Virus record (IMG/VR): IMGVR_UViG_3300020177_000966
Strand: one strand, 5' to 3'
Length of the DNA: 64,000 nucleotides
Source: a virus
Lineage: Duplodnaviria > Caudoviricetes
Shown here: positions 26,392 to 37,700 of the stretch, piece after piece
Layout of the letters: the number at the start of each line of letters is the position of its first letter
Numbering within the stretch: position 1 is the first letter of the stretch
Made by a program: the position numbers and the translations under genes
Notes under the pieces: model-generated
The model's database searches: none
Seen by the model: only the letters and a program-made list of their open reading frames with translations
What the model was told of the DNA's origin: nothing

Positions 26392-26398
26392 CTAAATA
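26392..26398 (+). promoter_or_regulatory. Late promoter CTAAATA for the baseplate operon
   Basis: Directly abuts the -35 hexamer of the opposite-strand gp55 promoter. Confidence 0.6.
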
Positions 26399-26420
26399 AT
26401 GCATATAGGAGACAATTAAT

Positions 26421-27338
26421 ATGGCAACATTTTTCAAAGACGGCATCATATCTAAAGACGGTAAAAACATGGGTGTCAATGTACCTCCAACAGGAACAAA
26501 TGCTCCAGGACAAAATCCATTTACTGGTAGTATTCCTACATCAATCAATGGATTCGTAGGCCAAGTCCGTGATATTGGACAACAATTATTCAGCGGCAGC
26601 CTAGGAAGTTCTTTAAATTTCATGAGTGCTTTACGTTCTAAAAATATTCCAACTTCTACCCTTGGTAATGCTGCCGGCAATTTAGGCGGCCAAGCATCGT
26701 TTACTACAGGTGGAAATGTTGAAGAAAAAGACTGGAGAGTTTCGTTATCGTTACCAAATACTCCAAGTGCTTTTTCTAAGTCTCCAATGTTTCAATTATT
26801 AAGATCTACTAAAAATAGTATGGTCTTTCCGTTTACGCCAACAATACTTTTGCAACATAGTGCAAACTATAGTAATGTTGAACCTGTACATACTAATTAT
26901 CCCGCTTATGCATATAGAAATTCAAGTGTGAACGAGATTGTTGTAACCGGACAATTTTATGTACAAAATGAATTAGAAGCACAGTACTGGATGGCGTGTT
27001 TGCATTATTTAAGATCAGTAACAAAAATGGATTACGGTACATTTGCAGAAACCGGCGGCCCACCTCCAATTGTAAAACTAAACGGATACGGAGACTATGT
27101 CTTTAATAATGTTCCAGTAGTTATTACAACATTTTCTGTTGATATGCCTCCTGAAGTAGATTACATTGCAACAGGATTAAAAGGCCAATCATTAAGCGCC
27201 GCCCAAGAAATAAGCTGGGCGCCAGCAGAATCACAGTTTAGTGTGTCATGCCAACCAATTTACAGCAGACAAAAACAAACACAATTTAATTATAATATGT
27301 TCGTTGGCGGCCACGATATCGGAAGAGGATATATTTAA
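26421..27338 (+). CDS. Baseplate/tail-tube initiator, gp48/gp54-like
   Basis: MVFPFTPTI...HTNYPAYAY...GGPPPIVKLNGYGDYVFNNVPVVITTFSVDMP, a tube-fold family pattern; first gene of the baseplate operon. Confidence 0.6.
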   Translation: MATFFKDGIISKDGKNMGVNVPPTGTNAPGQNPFTGSIPTSINGFVGQVRDIGQQLFSGSLGSSLNFMSALRSKNIPTSTLGNAAGNLGGQASFTTGGNVEEKDWRVSLSLPNTPSAFSKSPMFQLLRSTKNSMVFPFTPTILLQHSANYSNVEPVHTNYPAYAYRNSSVNEIVVTGQFYVQNELEAQYWMACLHYLRSVTKMDYGTFAETGGPPPIVKLNGYGDYVFNNVPVVITTFSVDMPPEVDYIATGLKGQSLSAAQEISWAPAESQFSVSCQPIYSRQKQTQFNYNMFVGGHDIGRGYI

Positions 27339-27628
27339 TGGCAAACCATCCATATCAAGATACTCCAATTGGTCCTGACGGAACACTTGGAATTTGGAAT
27401 ATCAGACCTGTTCCTGCATACACAGACGATGTATTGTATACAGTTGAACCTCAATATAACAACCGCCCAGATTTATTAGCACATGATCTATACGGAGATT
27501 ATTCGTTATGGTGGATTTTTACACAACGTAATCTAAATGTCCTCGAAGATCCAATTTATGATTTAAAAGCCGGTGTACAAATATATCTACCATCACCGCA
27601 ACACGTTAAAGAAACATTAGGAGCATAA
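27338..27628 (+). CDS. Baseplate wedge protein, gp53-like (LysM-like)
   Basis: RPDLLAHDLYGDYSLWWIF...N...DPIYDLKAGVQIYLP. Confidence 0.75.
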   Translation: MANHPYQDTPIGPDGTLGIWNIRPVPAYTDDVLYTVEPQYNNRPDLLAHDLYGDYSLWWIFTQRNLNVLEDPIYDLKAGVQIYLPSPQHVKETLGA

Positions 27629-27631
27629 ACA

Positions 27632-30600
27632 ATGCCATATACTTTTCCGTCAGGACAGCCAATAAAAACAGGACCAAACGGAGAGTTACTAGGTGGAGTA
27701 TATACACCACCAGGACAAGAATCACTTGCTCCACAAGTAGAAGGCGATCCAGAACAAGCTAAAGAAATTGCTAACATGTTAGGTATGCCTGGCTTAGCTA
27801 ATCTAATTGATCAATATCAAAGTGTAGGACAAACTAGTTCTAACGTAACTGCACTTCCTGAAGGAATTTCACAACCTCGGCAAATTGCTGCCTCTATAGG
27901 AGATGCAGTTAATATGCATGCACTAGATGATTTAGGCGACGGATTACCAACTGATCCTTCAGCAGTAATAGGAACAGTAAAAAATATTGCAAAGAGTAAA
28001 GCACTCGGTGCCATATTTGGTAGCGGACTTTACAGTTCGCATAGTTTACCTATGACAAATGAATTAGAGCAGTTTGCATCTATGAATTGTATTTTTGGTT
28101 TAGGTTGCATCAGTCCACAAGAATTAAATTTTCCTGACAAAACATATAGACGATCTGGAATCGTAAACAATGGACAGGTAGTATTAAAGTCTGGAAAAAC
28201 ACCTTTAGGAAAACCACAAACATATGCTGAAAAATATCATAAAGTAAACGGCGCCTATTATATTGACGAAGTTAATATCGACACTACAGTCGCTCCAAAT
28301 CCAAGAAGTAGATCGACTAATTTTTATGGGTTATCATTCCAAGTATATGAACCATACAGTATGGGACAGTTTTTACAAACATTGCAATTAGCCGCAAAAA
28401 ATGCAGGATACGCTAATTATCTAGAAGCTCCTTATTTGCTAACACTTGATTTTGTAGGATGGGACAACGATGGAAATCAAGTTAGTCCCAGTAAACCGAT
28501 AAGAAGAATGTTCCCTTTAAAACTTGTAACTTGTAATTTTACTGTTAACGGCGAAGGCAGCAAATATGACATTACATGTTCAGTTTTTAACGATGATGCA
28601 TTTTTAGATGCCAATCAAAGTATTCCTGTTAATATGACAGTATCAGGATCAACCTTGCAAGAAATATGTCAAACAGGATTAAACAGTATTGCTACCCATT
28701 GGAATACACATCTTCTTAATAGAAGAAATGAAACTAGAGAAAAAACTGAAGTTGACGAATATATTATTGCCTTTCCAGGCGACGGCAGTAGCGCAAGACT
28801 AGACTCTTTAATTTCAAGCGGAAGACTAATTGCTGGTGCCGCAACCACCGGCGAATTAGAGAGGATAGAATTTGACGATGATGCAATTAATGAAGCAATT
28901 GCAACTATTGACTCAGAAGCATCTGCCGCAGGTTACCAGCAAGATAATTCAGATTTTGGTGCTAGGATCATTGAACAACAACGAGCGTTTGTTGACGATA
29001 GATTAGGATTTTCAGTAAGACGAGGCAGATTAAGTGAAAGTATTAAAGCAACAGTTGCTGGTCGTGATGTCTCACCTAATAGAATTGGATTTGCACCTAT
29101 TTTGACAACAGGTCCACTAGGTTCGGGAAGAGCACCGTTTGGTATTGCAAACTTTGCATGGGACCCAGAGTCCGGATTATTAAAACGAGGCAGTGTAACT
29201 ATTGATCCTAAACTTAGAACTATTACATTTAGAGCAGGTACAAAATTACAAAAAATACTAGAGGAACTTGTCCTTTTAAGCGAATTTGGAAAATCAGTGT
29301 CACGGCAACTTAATCGTCCTGACGGAATGATTGATTGGTTTAAAATAGAAGCTCAAGTATATCTAGTTAATGATTCTGCTGCCGAACGAGTAATGGGAAG
29401 AATGCCTAGAATTTATTTGTATAGAGTTGTTCCATATCAGGTTCACCGAAGTGCATTTCAAATGCCAAATGATGTACCTCCTGGATACGATAAACTTTAT
29501 GCTCAAGCACCTAAAGTATATAATTATATGTTTACAGGTCAAAATACTGACGTACTAAATTTTGATATCAAATTTGATAATGCATTTTATGAGTCAATTT
29601 CACTTGATAGAGGTAATAGAAGTGGATCAAATCAACCAAGCGAACAATCTAATACATCTACACCACCAAATCTTGCATTGCAAGGAAATTCAAGAACACC
29701 ACAAGGTGATGGTACTACAGTAGTTGAAGAACCTCAAAACATGAACACTACTACTGGCGGCGCAACAGTTGAAGACCCGCAATTAAGATTAGCACGATCA
29801 TTTAACGAAGCAATAGTAAACAGTGGCGGCGATTTGATATCTATTGAATTAGAGGTTTTAGGAGATCCTTTCTATATTGCAGATAGCGGAACCGGTAACT
29901 ATAATTCGACAGCATCACCAAATTTTAATGTTAACAGTGATGGAACCATGAATTACCAAAACGGTGAAGTAGATATCATAATTAACTTTAGAACACCAAT
30001 TGATTTAGATCCTGACAATGGCGGATATTTAATGGACGGTGCATCAATTGGATTACAAGATTATAGTGGATTATATAAAATTATTGAAGTAACAAATAGA
30101 TTTAGCGGTAATGTGTTTACACAAACTATTCAAGCAGTTCGAAGAAGAAATCAACAAAATTCAAAATCTGGAGCACAAGTAACTGATCCAATGTTAGAAG
30201 AAGAAAAGCGTCATGAATTAAGAATTGCAGAGGCAGAACTCAACGGAACTCCGGAAGAAGTTGCATTTGCTAGAGCAGACGTTAACGGCGACGGAGTACT
30301 CCAATATTGGGAAGTTCCTAACTTAGACGAAGCTACTAGGATTACTACTGCTAGAAATGAAAATAGACGACCTGCTAATAATCCAACAGCAGGTACTACA
30401 CCGTCAGGATCTAATAATCCAACAGCAGGTAGCACAGCAGGTACTACACCTACAACAACGACCACAACCGGCGACGGTACTACTAGCACTACAGATCAAC
30501 CAGCATCGCCTCCTCCTCCAGTTACAGTACAACCTGGAGTCTTTAGTCCACTTGATGTTTATTTTGATTATTCTTCTAATTCTAGAACTTCAAATTCGCC

Positions 30601-30718
30601 TGCCAATAGTCAAGGAGTAGATGCTTCGCCAACACAGAGTAGCGAAACAACAGTTCCAGAACGTAATATAAATGTAAATGATGTTGATCAATCAGGAAGA
30701 ATTAGAGGCGGTTTATAA
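27632..30718 (+). CDS. Baseplate hub protein (gp27-like) with a low-complexity C-terminus
   Basis: 1028 aa between the gp53-like and gp5-like genes; GDPFYI and YKIIEVTNRFSGNVFTQTI hub-type motifs; P/T-rich tail. Confidence 0.6.
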   Translation: MPYTFPSGQPIKTGPNGELLGGVYTPPGQESLAPQVEGDPEQAKEIANMLGMPGLANLIDQYQSVGQTSSNVTALPEGISQPRQIAASIGDAVNMHALDDLGDGLPTDPSAVIGTVKNIAKSKALGAIFGSGLYSSHSLPMTNELEQFASMNCIFGLGCISPQELNFPDKTYRRSGIVNNGQVVLKSGKTPLGKPQTYAEKYHKVNGAYYIDEVNIDTTVAPNPRSRSTNFYGLSFQVYEPYSMGQFLQTLQLAAKNAGYANYLEAPYLLTLDFVGWDNDGNQVSPSKPIRRMFPLKLVTCNFTVNGEGSKYDITCSVFNDDAFLDANQSIPVNMTVSGSTLQEICQTGLNSIATHWNTHLLNRRNETREKTEVDEYIIAFPGDGSSARLDSLISSGRLIAGAATTGELERIEFDDDAINEAIATIDSEASAAGYQQDNSDFGARIIEQQRAFVDDRLGFSVRRGRLSESIKATVAGRDVSPNRIGFAPILTTGPLGSGRAPFGIANFAWDPESGLLKRGSVTIDPKLRTITFRAGTKLQKILEELVLLSEFGKSVSRQLNRPDGMIDWFKIEAQVYLVNDSAAERVMGRMPRIYLYRVVPYQVHRSAFQMPNDVPPGYDKLYAQAPKVYNYMFTGQNTDVLNFDIKFDNAFYESISLDRGNRSGSNQPSEQSNTSTPPNLALQGNSRTPQGDGTTVVEEPQNMNTTTGGATVEDPQLRLARSFNEAIVNSGGDLISIELEVLGDPFYIADSGTGNYNSTASPNFNVNSDGTMNYQNGEVDIIINFRTPIDLDPDNGGYLMDGASIGLQDYSGLYKIIEVTNRFSGNVFTQTIQAVRRRNQQNSKSGAQVTDPMLEEEKRHELRIAEAELNGTPEEVAFARADVNGDGVLQYWEVPNLDEATRITTARNENRRPANNPTAGTTPSGSNNPTAGSTAGTTPTTTTTTGDGTTSTTDQPASPPPPVTVQPGVFSPLDVYFDYSSNSRTSNSPANSQGVDASPTQSSETTVPERNINVNDVDQSGRIRGGL

Positions 30719-33258
30719 TGACTAATAAACATAGACGAACGAGCGGCGCACCACCTAGAGCAATGCCGCCAGGCCCATTTTTAGCCAAAGTAATTAGTCA
30801 TCTTGATCCTAAAAGAAGTGGAGCATTACAAGTACAACTACTTACAAATACAACTTCGGGGCAAGATGCCGATAACGAATCAGGGCAACTTTATACCGTA
30901 GATTATTGTATGCCGTTTTATGGAGTAAATGATGTTACTAGTAACAGGCGCAATGACACTTATTACAGTACTCAACAAAGTTACGGATTCTGGGCAGTTC
31001 CACCTGATCCAGGTACTAAAGTCTTAGTTATCTTTGCAGAAGGACAATCTAATCAAGGATATTGGATTGGATGTGTACAAGACCCATATATGAATTATAT
31101 GGTTCCAAGTGGAACTCCTACAACTAAGTCAGACAAAGTTGTTCAAGCTAATTTAACAGACGAATTTAAAAACAGACCGTTACCGACAGGTGAGTATAAT
31201 AAAGCAATTCACGGCAATCAAGGAAATGATCCTGAACAATTTTTAAAACCACACAATCCAATGATGTTAGAAGTGTTGTCAAGGCAAGGTCTTGTTGATG
31301 ATATAGCTAGAGGATTAACGTCCTCTACAGCACGTCGAGAAGTTCCTAGTATGGTATTTGGAATTAACACCCCAGGACCTTTAGACAAAAGAGATGGCGC
31401 ACCTAAAGGCCGATACGGACCATCAGGGGAACAGATTGAGTATTTCCGCAGTAGATTAGGCGGAAGTAGTATTGTAATGGATGATGGTGATCCTACAGTT
31501 TTACGTGCTGGATTTGCAAAATCAGTTGGAGCAACGTATTATGATATTAATGCTGTTCCAGAAAATGTTTCTCAAGCAAACCAAACTTTACCGTACAATG
31601 AACATATTAGATTAAGAACTAGAACCGGTCATCAGATATTATTACATAATACAGAAGATCTAATTTATATTGCTAATGCTCAAGGCAGTGCATGGATAGA
31701 ACTAACTGCAAACGGAAAAATTGATGTTTATGCAGATGATAGTATTAGCTTACGTACTGCCAATGATGTAAACATACATGCAGATAGAGATATCAACATG
31801 AAAGCAATGCGAGATGTAAACATTACTGCTGGTAGAGACTGGAAAACAACCGCAGGCAATCATTTTGATCTTAAAGCAGGAACAAATGGAAAAATAGATA
31901 TTGGTGCAAACTTTGACCTCTATGTTGGTGCAACATCTAAAATATTTGTTGGTGCAGACGGACACATTAATGTGGCAGGGGCACACAGCATTACAAGTCA
32001 AACCACACTTGATGTATTAACTGGATCGTCAGCGAAATTTAAACAATCTAGTTTACACATGGCATCAGTGGGTAATTCAAACTTTACCGCAGGCTTTAAT
32101 ACAAGTATTTTAAGTGGTAGCGAACATAGAGAATCGGCTCCAGCAATTCACATGAACACTGCCGCGAATCCTGCTACGCAGGCTGACGAAGCGACCAGTG
32201 CAAGTACTGCAAGTACTGCCGCATCTGCCGCCCAACCAGTTCGCGTTCCGCAGAGAGAACCTTGGGACGGACATGAGAATTTAAATCCGGAAGGACACAC
32301 TCCTGGGCTAAGTCAAGCTAGACTTCCGCCATCGAGACAAGGTAGAGATGCTCAATCACTAATTGATAGTCCTGCAAACCAACCACAGTATACTTCAACT
32401 TCGGGACCTAATGTTGCTAACCAGTCAACAGTTATTGATCCTGAAACAGGACAACGAGTACCTGCACCACAAACAGTAATTCCAGGTCAAGCAGGACCAA
32501 TAGGACAACAACCTGCAGAACCTGTAGATGTTAACGATATGCAACGTTATTTCTTACATGTATTAATACAAGAAATTGGATTAGATCCGGCTACTTGCCT
32601 TAATCCTGCAAATCCAGAATTACTTGCTGTTGGCCAAACACCAGGAAATGCCGAAGCAATTGCATCAGCAATGGCACAGATTCAAAGAGAATGCACCTTT
32701 GAACCACATAGCGAAAATTTAAATTATAGTGCTGGACGTTTAAGACAAGTATTTCCAAGTCGTGTTCGAAGCGATGAATTTGCACAACAACTTGCTGCCG
32801 CAGGACCGGCAGCTATTGGTAACACATTATATGGCGGCCGTAACGGTAACGCAGAAGACGAAGGTTACAAATATCGCGGTAGAGGACTTATTCAGCTTAC
32901 ATTTAAAGATAATTACAGACATTTTGGCGGCGCGGCAAGACATCCTGAAATTGTCGAAAATCCTGATCTTTTAAACGATCCAGAAATTGCTACAGCAGTT
33001 GCAGTTGCGTACTTAAAAGAAACCTTCCCTCAAAGAGGCGGCGGCAATTGGAACATGTATAATTTTAATCAATTAGGCCAGGCATTTGAAGATGCAGTTG
33101 GATACGGTAATGAAAGTGCAGAAACACCTCAACGTATTGCAAGTGCAAGAGGCTTTTTCTCTAGATTGAGAAACGGAGATATAGTTCCATTAGCATCATT
33201 AACACCGACTGTACCTATAGAATCGGGCCAATCAACAGTAGTTGATACAAGGACGTAA
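30718..33258 (+). CDS. gp5: Central spike protein gp5-like with a C-terminal GH19 lysozyme/chitinase domain
   Basis: N-terminal OB fold (DPKRSGALQVQL...YGFWAVPPDPGTKVLVIF); RLRTRTGHQILL and beta-helix repeats; C-terminal RECTFEPHSENLNYS...YRGRGLIQLT..DNY. Confidence 0.8.
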   Translation: MTNKHRRTSGAPPRAMPPGPFLAKVISHLDPKRSGALQVQLLTNTTSGQDADNESGQLYTVDYCMPFYGVNDVTSNRRNDTYYSTQQSYGFWAVPPDPGTKVLVIFAEGQSNQGYWIGCVQDPYMNYMVPSGTPTTKSDKVVQANLTDEFKNRPLPTGEYNKAIHGNQGNDPEQFLKPHNPMMLEVLSRQGLVDDIARGLTSSTARREVPSMVFGINTPGPLDKRDGAPKGRYGPSGEQIEYFRSRLGGSSIVMDDGDPTVLRAGFAKSVGATYYDINAVPENVSQANQTLPYNEHIRLRTRTGHQILLHNTEDLIYIANAQGSAWIELTANGKIDVYADDSISLRTANDVNIHADRDINMKAMRDVNITAGRDWKTTAGNHFDLKAGTNGKIDIGANFDLYVGATSKIFVGADGHINVAGAHSITSQTTLDVLTGSSAKFKQSSLHMASVGNSNFTAGFNTSILSGSEHRESAPAIHMNTAANPATQADEATSASTASTAASAAQPVRVPQREPWDGHENLNPEGHTPGLSQARLPPSRQGRDAQSLIDSPANQPQYTSTSGPNVANQSTVIDPETGQRVPAPQTVIPGQAGPIGQQPAEPVDVNDMQRYFLHVLIQEIGLDPATCLNPANPELLAVGQTPGNAEAIASAMAQIQRECTFEPHSENLNYSAGRLRQVFPSRVRSDEFAQQLAAAGPAAIGNTLYGGRNGNAEDEGYKYRGRGLIQLTFKDNYRHFGGAARHPEIVENPDLLNDPEIATAVAVAYLKETFPQRGGGNWNMYNFNQLGQAFEDAVGYGNESAETPQRIASARGFFSRLRNGDIVPLASLTPTVPIESGQSTVVDTRT

Positions 33259-33260
33259 AC

Positions 33261-34232
33261 ATGCCAGCTATACACATAAACGGACATACTAGAAGTTGTG
33301 GAGCAACTACAGTTGTTTCCGGACAGAGCGATGTATATGTTGTAGGCGAATTAGTTTCAGTTGACGGTGATCCTAACAGCCATGGCGATGGCGCACTTTC
33401 AGCAGGTAGCAACGGAGTGTTTATAAATGGTAGAGCAGTAGTAAATCATTCTCCAGACGGTGCTGCCGCTGACGCATTATGTATTCCATTAGGAGGTGCT
33501 CATTGTGCACCTGAAACTGCACAAGGGGAATCTACAGTTATCGTAGGTGACGCCGCTGACGCAGTTGCTATAGCAATTGGAGCAACTAATTTTAGTAGAC
33601 CAGAAGAAGAAGCACTTGACATATTAGAAGGCAGAGCTGTTGAAGAAGCTAATGGTGTTGATCCTGATCAAAATGAAGCAACAGAATATGGTGATGGCGG
33701 AATTGCTACGCAATCCGGAGGCGATGCTAACCGCTACAGTAATACAAGTCCTGTCAATAATGTTTCAGGTCCACAAGATGCACAAGTAGTAAACGAACAA
33801 ACACCAAGTCCGCAACCTAGCAATGAAAACGGTCAATACATTCAATGGTTGTCGCATGTTGACACTAGAGTAAAGCCACAAGTAGTTGCAAATTTAGAAG
33901 GAGTATCTCAACAAGTAGGATACCAATTACAAATTACTAGCGGATATCGTTCGCCAGCATATAATGAAAGTGTCGGCGGAGCAAAAAGTAGTCAACATAT
34001 GCAAGGTAATGCAGTAGATGTTGTACAAACTGGTTTATCGAACGCACAACGACAAGAATTTATACAAGCGGCAATTGACAATGGATTTACTGCAATTGGC
34101 GTTTATAATACTTTTACACACATAGATATCCGCGGAGCAAAAGTTGCTTGGGGAAGCAATGGTAGTAGAACTACATTGCCAAATTATCCGTGGGCGTTAG
34201 AAACACTTCGCGCAAACGGGTATCCTTATTAA
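33261..34232 (+). CDS. PAAR spike-tip protein fused to a peptidase M15 domain
   Basis: N-terminal PAAR-like region (SCGATT...SDVYVVG...GDPNSH...VFING); C-terminal ITSGYRS...SQHMQGNAVD...THIDIR with H-D-H zinc ligands. Confidence 0.8.
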   Translation: MPAIHINGHTRSCGATTVVSGQSDVYVVGELVSVDGDPNSHGDGALSAGSNGVFINGRAVVNHSPDGAAADALCIPLGGAHCAPETAQGESTVIVGDAADAVAIAIGATNFSRPEEEALDILEGRAVEEANGVDPDQNEATEYGDGGIATQSGGDANRYSNTSPVNNVSGPQDAQVVNEQTPSPQPSNENGQYIQWLSHVDTRVKPQVVANLEGVSQQVGYQLQITSGYRSPAYNESVGGAKSSQHMQGNAVDVVQTGLSNAQRQEFIQAAIDNGFTAIGVYNTFTHIDIRGAKVAWGSNGSRTTLPNYPWALETLRANGYPY

Positions 34233-34246
34233 AGGTAAATACTAGC

Positions 34247-34678
34247 ATGGCAGACTTATACAAACAAATTAAAATTAAATCGCAAAAAGCCCCAAAATCG
34301 CCTGTAAAACAAAAGGCATATAGGGGATTTAGTACAGTAAATCCTGAAGCAAATACGTTTCAGCTTTACGATTTTGAGTTGATTAAGCAAGACTTAATTA
34401 ATCATTTTAATATTAGACAAGGTGAAAAAATTTCTAATCCTACGTTTGGTTGTATTATATGGGATGCATTATATGAGCCTCTAACAGAAGAATTAAAAGA
34501 AGCCATTACCGCAAATGTTACTAATATTGTAAACTATGATCCAAGAACTTCAGCAGAAGCTGTACAAGTTTCAGAGTACGAACAAGGATTGCAAATCGAA
34601 TGTACAATATCTTACTTACAATATAATATTAGCGAAAATTTAAGATTACAGTTTGATAAAAATATTGGACTTCTGTGA
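34247..34678 (+). CDS. gp25: Baseplate wedge protein gp25-like
   Basis: DFELIKQDLINHFNIRQGEKISNPTFGCIIWDALYEP...YDPR. Start set at ATG 34247, 5 nt after GTAAATA. Confidence 0.85.
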   Translation: MADLYKQIKIKSQKAPKSPVKQKAYRGFSTVNPEANTFQLYDFELIKQDLINHFNIRQGEKISNPTFGCIIWDALYEPLTEELKEAITANVTNIVNYDPRTSAEAVQVSEYEQGLQIECTISYLQYNISENLRLQFDKNIGLL

Positions 34679-34741
34679 CACAATTAAGTACCGCTATAAC
34701 CCAATATAATAAATACTGTAACAAAGAATTGAGGAACGCCG

Positions 34742-37700
34742 ATGTCATCAACCGACCGCCAAAATAGACTACTTCTTTCAGAAGATTGGAAAAAAGTATA
34801 TCAAAGTTATCGCAATGCGGAGTTCCGTAGCTACGACTTTGATACTTTAAGACGTTCTATGATTAACTATCTAAGAACAAATTATCCAGAAGATTTTAAT
34901 GATTATATTGATACTTCAGAATATCTTGCACTAATTGATACTATTGCATTTTTAGGTCAAAATATTAGTTATCGCGTTGATTTAAATGCACGTGAAAATT
35001 TCTTAGAACTAGCAGAGCGTCGCGATAGTGTATTACGTCTTGCACGTATGTTATCTTATAATCCTAAAAGAAACCAGGCGGCAAATGGATTAATTAAATT
35101 TGATACAGTATCAACTACTGAAGAAATTTTTGATAGTAATGGATTTAATTTAGCAGATCAAACTGTTATATGGAATGATCCGAGTAACTCAAACTGGCCA
35201 GAACAATTTAGAAGAGTTCTTAATGCGGCCTTACCGCAAAACAATACAATCGGAAAACCTACTAAAACTGCAAGCATTAATAGTGTATTAACTCAGCAAT
35301 ATAGATTTAAATCTAACAATGTAGATGTACCTGTATATGGGTTTAGTAAAGCAGTTAATGGATTAACTACACAATTTGAAGTGGTTTCTACTGATATCGA
35401 TTTAATTAATAGTAAATTAGTTGAAGAGCCTCCTATTCCTGGAAATAGTTTGGCATTTCTCTATAGAGAAGATGGTAGAGGAACAGCAAGTTCAAACACT
35501 GGCTATTTCCTACATTTTAGACAAGGATCATTAAGCTCGTCACAATTTACAGTTGACAATCCAAGTGCTAATCAAAAAATAGCAATTGAAGCTGAAAATA
35601 TTAATAACAGTGATATTTGGTTGTATCAAGTTAACTCAAGCGGAGTTCCAACATCACTTTGGACAAAGGTTAGCTCTATTGAAGGAAACAATGCAATTTA
35701 TAACAGCGTTTCTAAAGGCACTAGAAACTTTTATGTTGTACAAACTCGTGCTAATGATGAAATTAGTTTAATATTTGCTGACGGTACTTTTGGAAGTCTT
35801 CCAGGTGGAAACTTTAGAATATTCTACAGAACTAGTGCAAATAGATCAATGAAAATTAAGCCCGAAGAGCTTACAAGTATTAATATTAGTTTAGATTATA
35901 TTTCAAAAGCAGGAACTATTGAAACATTAACTATCGGACTTGAACTTAAAGAAAATGTTACTAACGCTACTACTAGTGAAAGTACACCATCTATTAGACA
36001 AAACGCACCACAGACATATTATACACAAAATAGAATGGTCACCGGTGAAGACTATAATATCATTCCACTAACTATTAATCAAGAAATTGTTAAAGTTAAA
36101 TCAACTAACAGAATTAGTAGCGGTATTAGTCGCTACTTTGATTTAAAAGATGTAACCGGAAAATATTCTAGTACAAATTTATTTGCATCAGACGGTATTA
36201 TTTATAGAGAAGAATTTGAAGACAAGCAATCCTTTACATTTAGTAATCAAACAGATATTGAAGGTACTATTGAAAATTTAATTTTACCTATTATTAAAAG
36301 CAGATCGATTAGTAATTTCTATTTTTCAAACTATGCAAAAATTATTGTTAGTGATTTGAATGCTACATGGGTTCAATCAACTAAAGGTACAAATATTAGT
36401 ACAGGATATCTTGTTAATACTTCTGATATTCCTTATCAAACAGGTACATTTACCGGCGGTTCATTAAAGTATTTAGAAGCAGGGGCATTACTTAAATTTA
36501 AGCCACCTGCAGGCTTTTACTTTTTAGGAGATGGACTAACCAGTAATGCCAATGCAAAAGGTGCAAGCACTTACAAGTGGGTAAAAGTTATTAGTGTTAA
36601 TGGCGCAGGAACATCGGTTGACAGTGTTACAGGAGTTGGACCAATTGTGTTTAATGAAATACTTCCAGCTAACAGTGTTCTTGAAGAAGTAAAACCAAAA
36701 CTAGTAAAAGATATTACAAGCGATGTTAGGTCACAAATTATTGATCAAGTATTTGCTTATAAAACGTTCGGTTTAAGATACGATCAAGTTAATAGAATTT
36801 GGCGTGTTATTATTAATGAAAACTTAAATGTTGCATCTACATTTAGCAACGGTAAGACCGGTGACGTTACTAATAACCAATTAGATGCTAGTTGGATTAT
36901 CCTTTTTCAAACCAACGGCGAAAAATATACAATTACTAATAGAGGATTAAAATACATATTTGAAAGCGACAAAGAATTATCTTTCTATTTTGACGGACAA
37001 AACAAAATTTATGATTCTGCAACAGGCCAGCTAGTTAAAGACAAAGTTTCAATTCTTAACTATAATACAAAACCTGATTCATTAAATGCTTTTAATAGTG
37101 ACATTCCTTGGGAAATTGTAAGCGAATATAGAAATCAAGACGGGTACGTTAACAGTAAAAAAGTTGAAGTAAGTTTCTTTGATGTAAACGAAGACGGAAG
37201 TGTAGACGATCCAGACATTTTTGATAATGTTGTTGCACCACAAGTATTACCTCTTACAAAATATATTTTCTTAAAACGTGTTGAAACAGATCAAGGTTTT
37301 TACAAATACAATTACTATGCCGACGGCGGCAATATTGATGTAGTTAACACAGAAATTGAAATTGGTTCTTTTGTAGATTATCCCGAAGGAAAAGTGTTTT
37401 ATATCGTAAACACAAAAAACTTTAAAGTTTTAACAAATGGTATATTAACATTAACGTCAGACTATCAAGCATATACAGGTAGAGATGATCTAAAATTCCA
37501 ATATGTTCATAGTGCAGATGAAAGTAATAGAATTGATCCTAGTGTTTCAAATATTATTGATGTACATATGTTAACTAGATCATATGATAATCTTTATAGA
37601 CAATATCTTGCAGGAACACTTGAGGAACAACCTTTGCCACCTAGCTCAGATGAACTATATCAAAATTATGGAGTATTGATTAATCAGTACAAATCAATTA

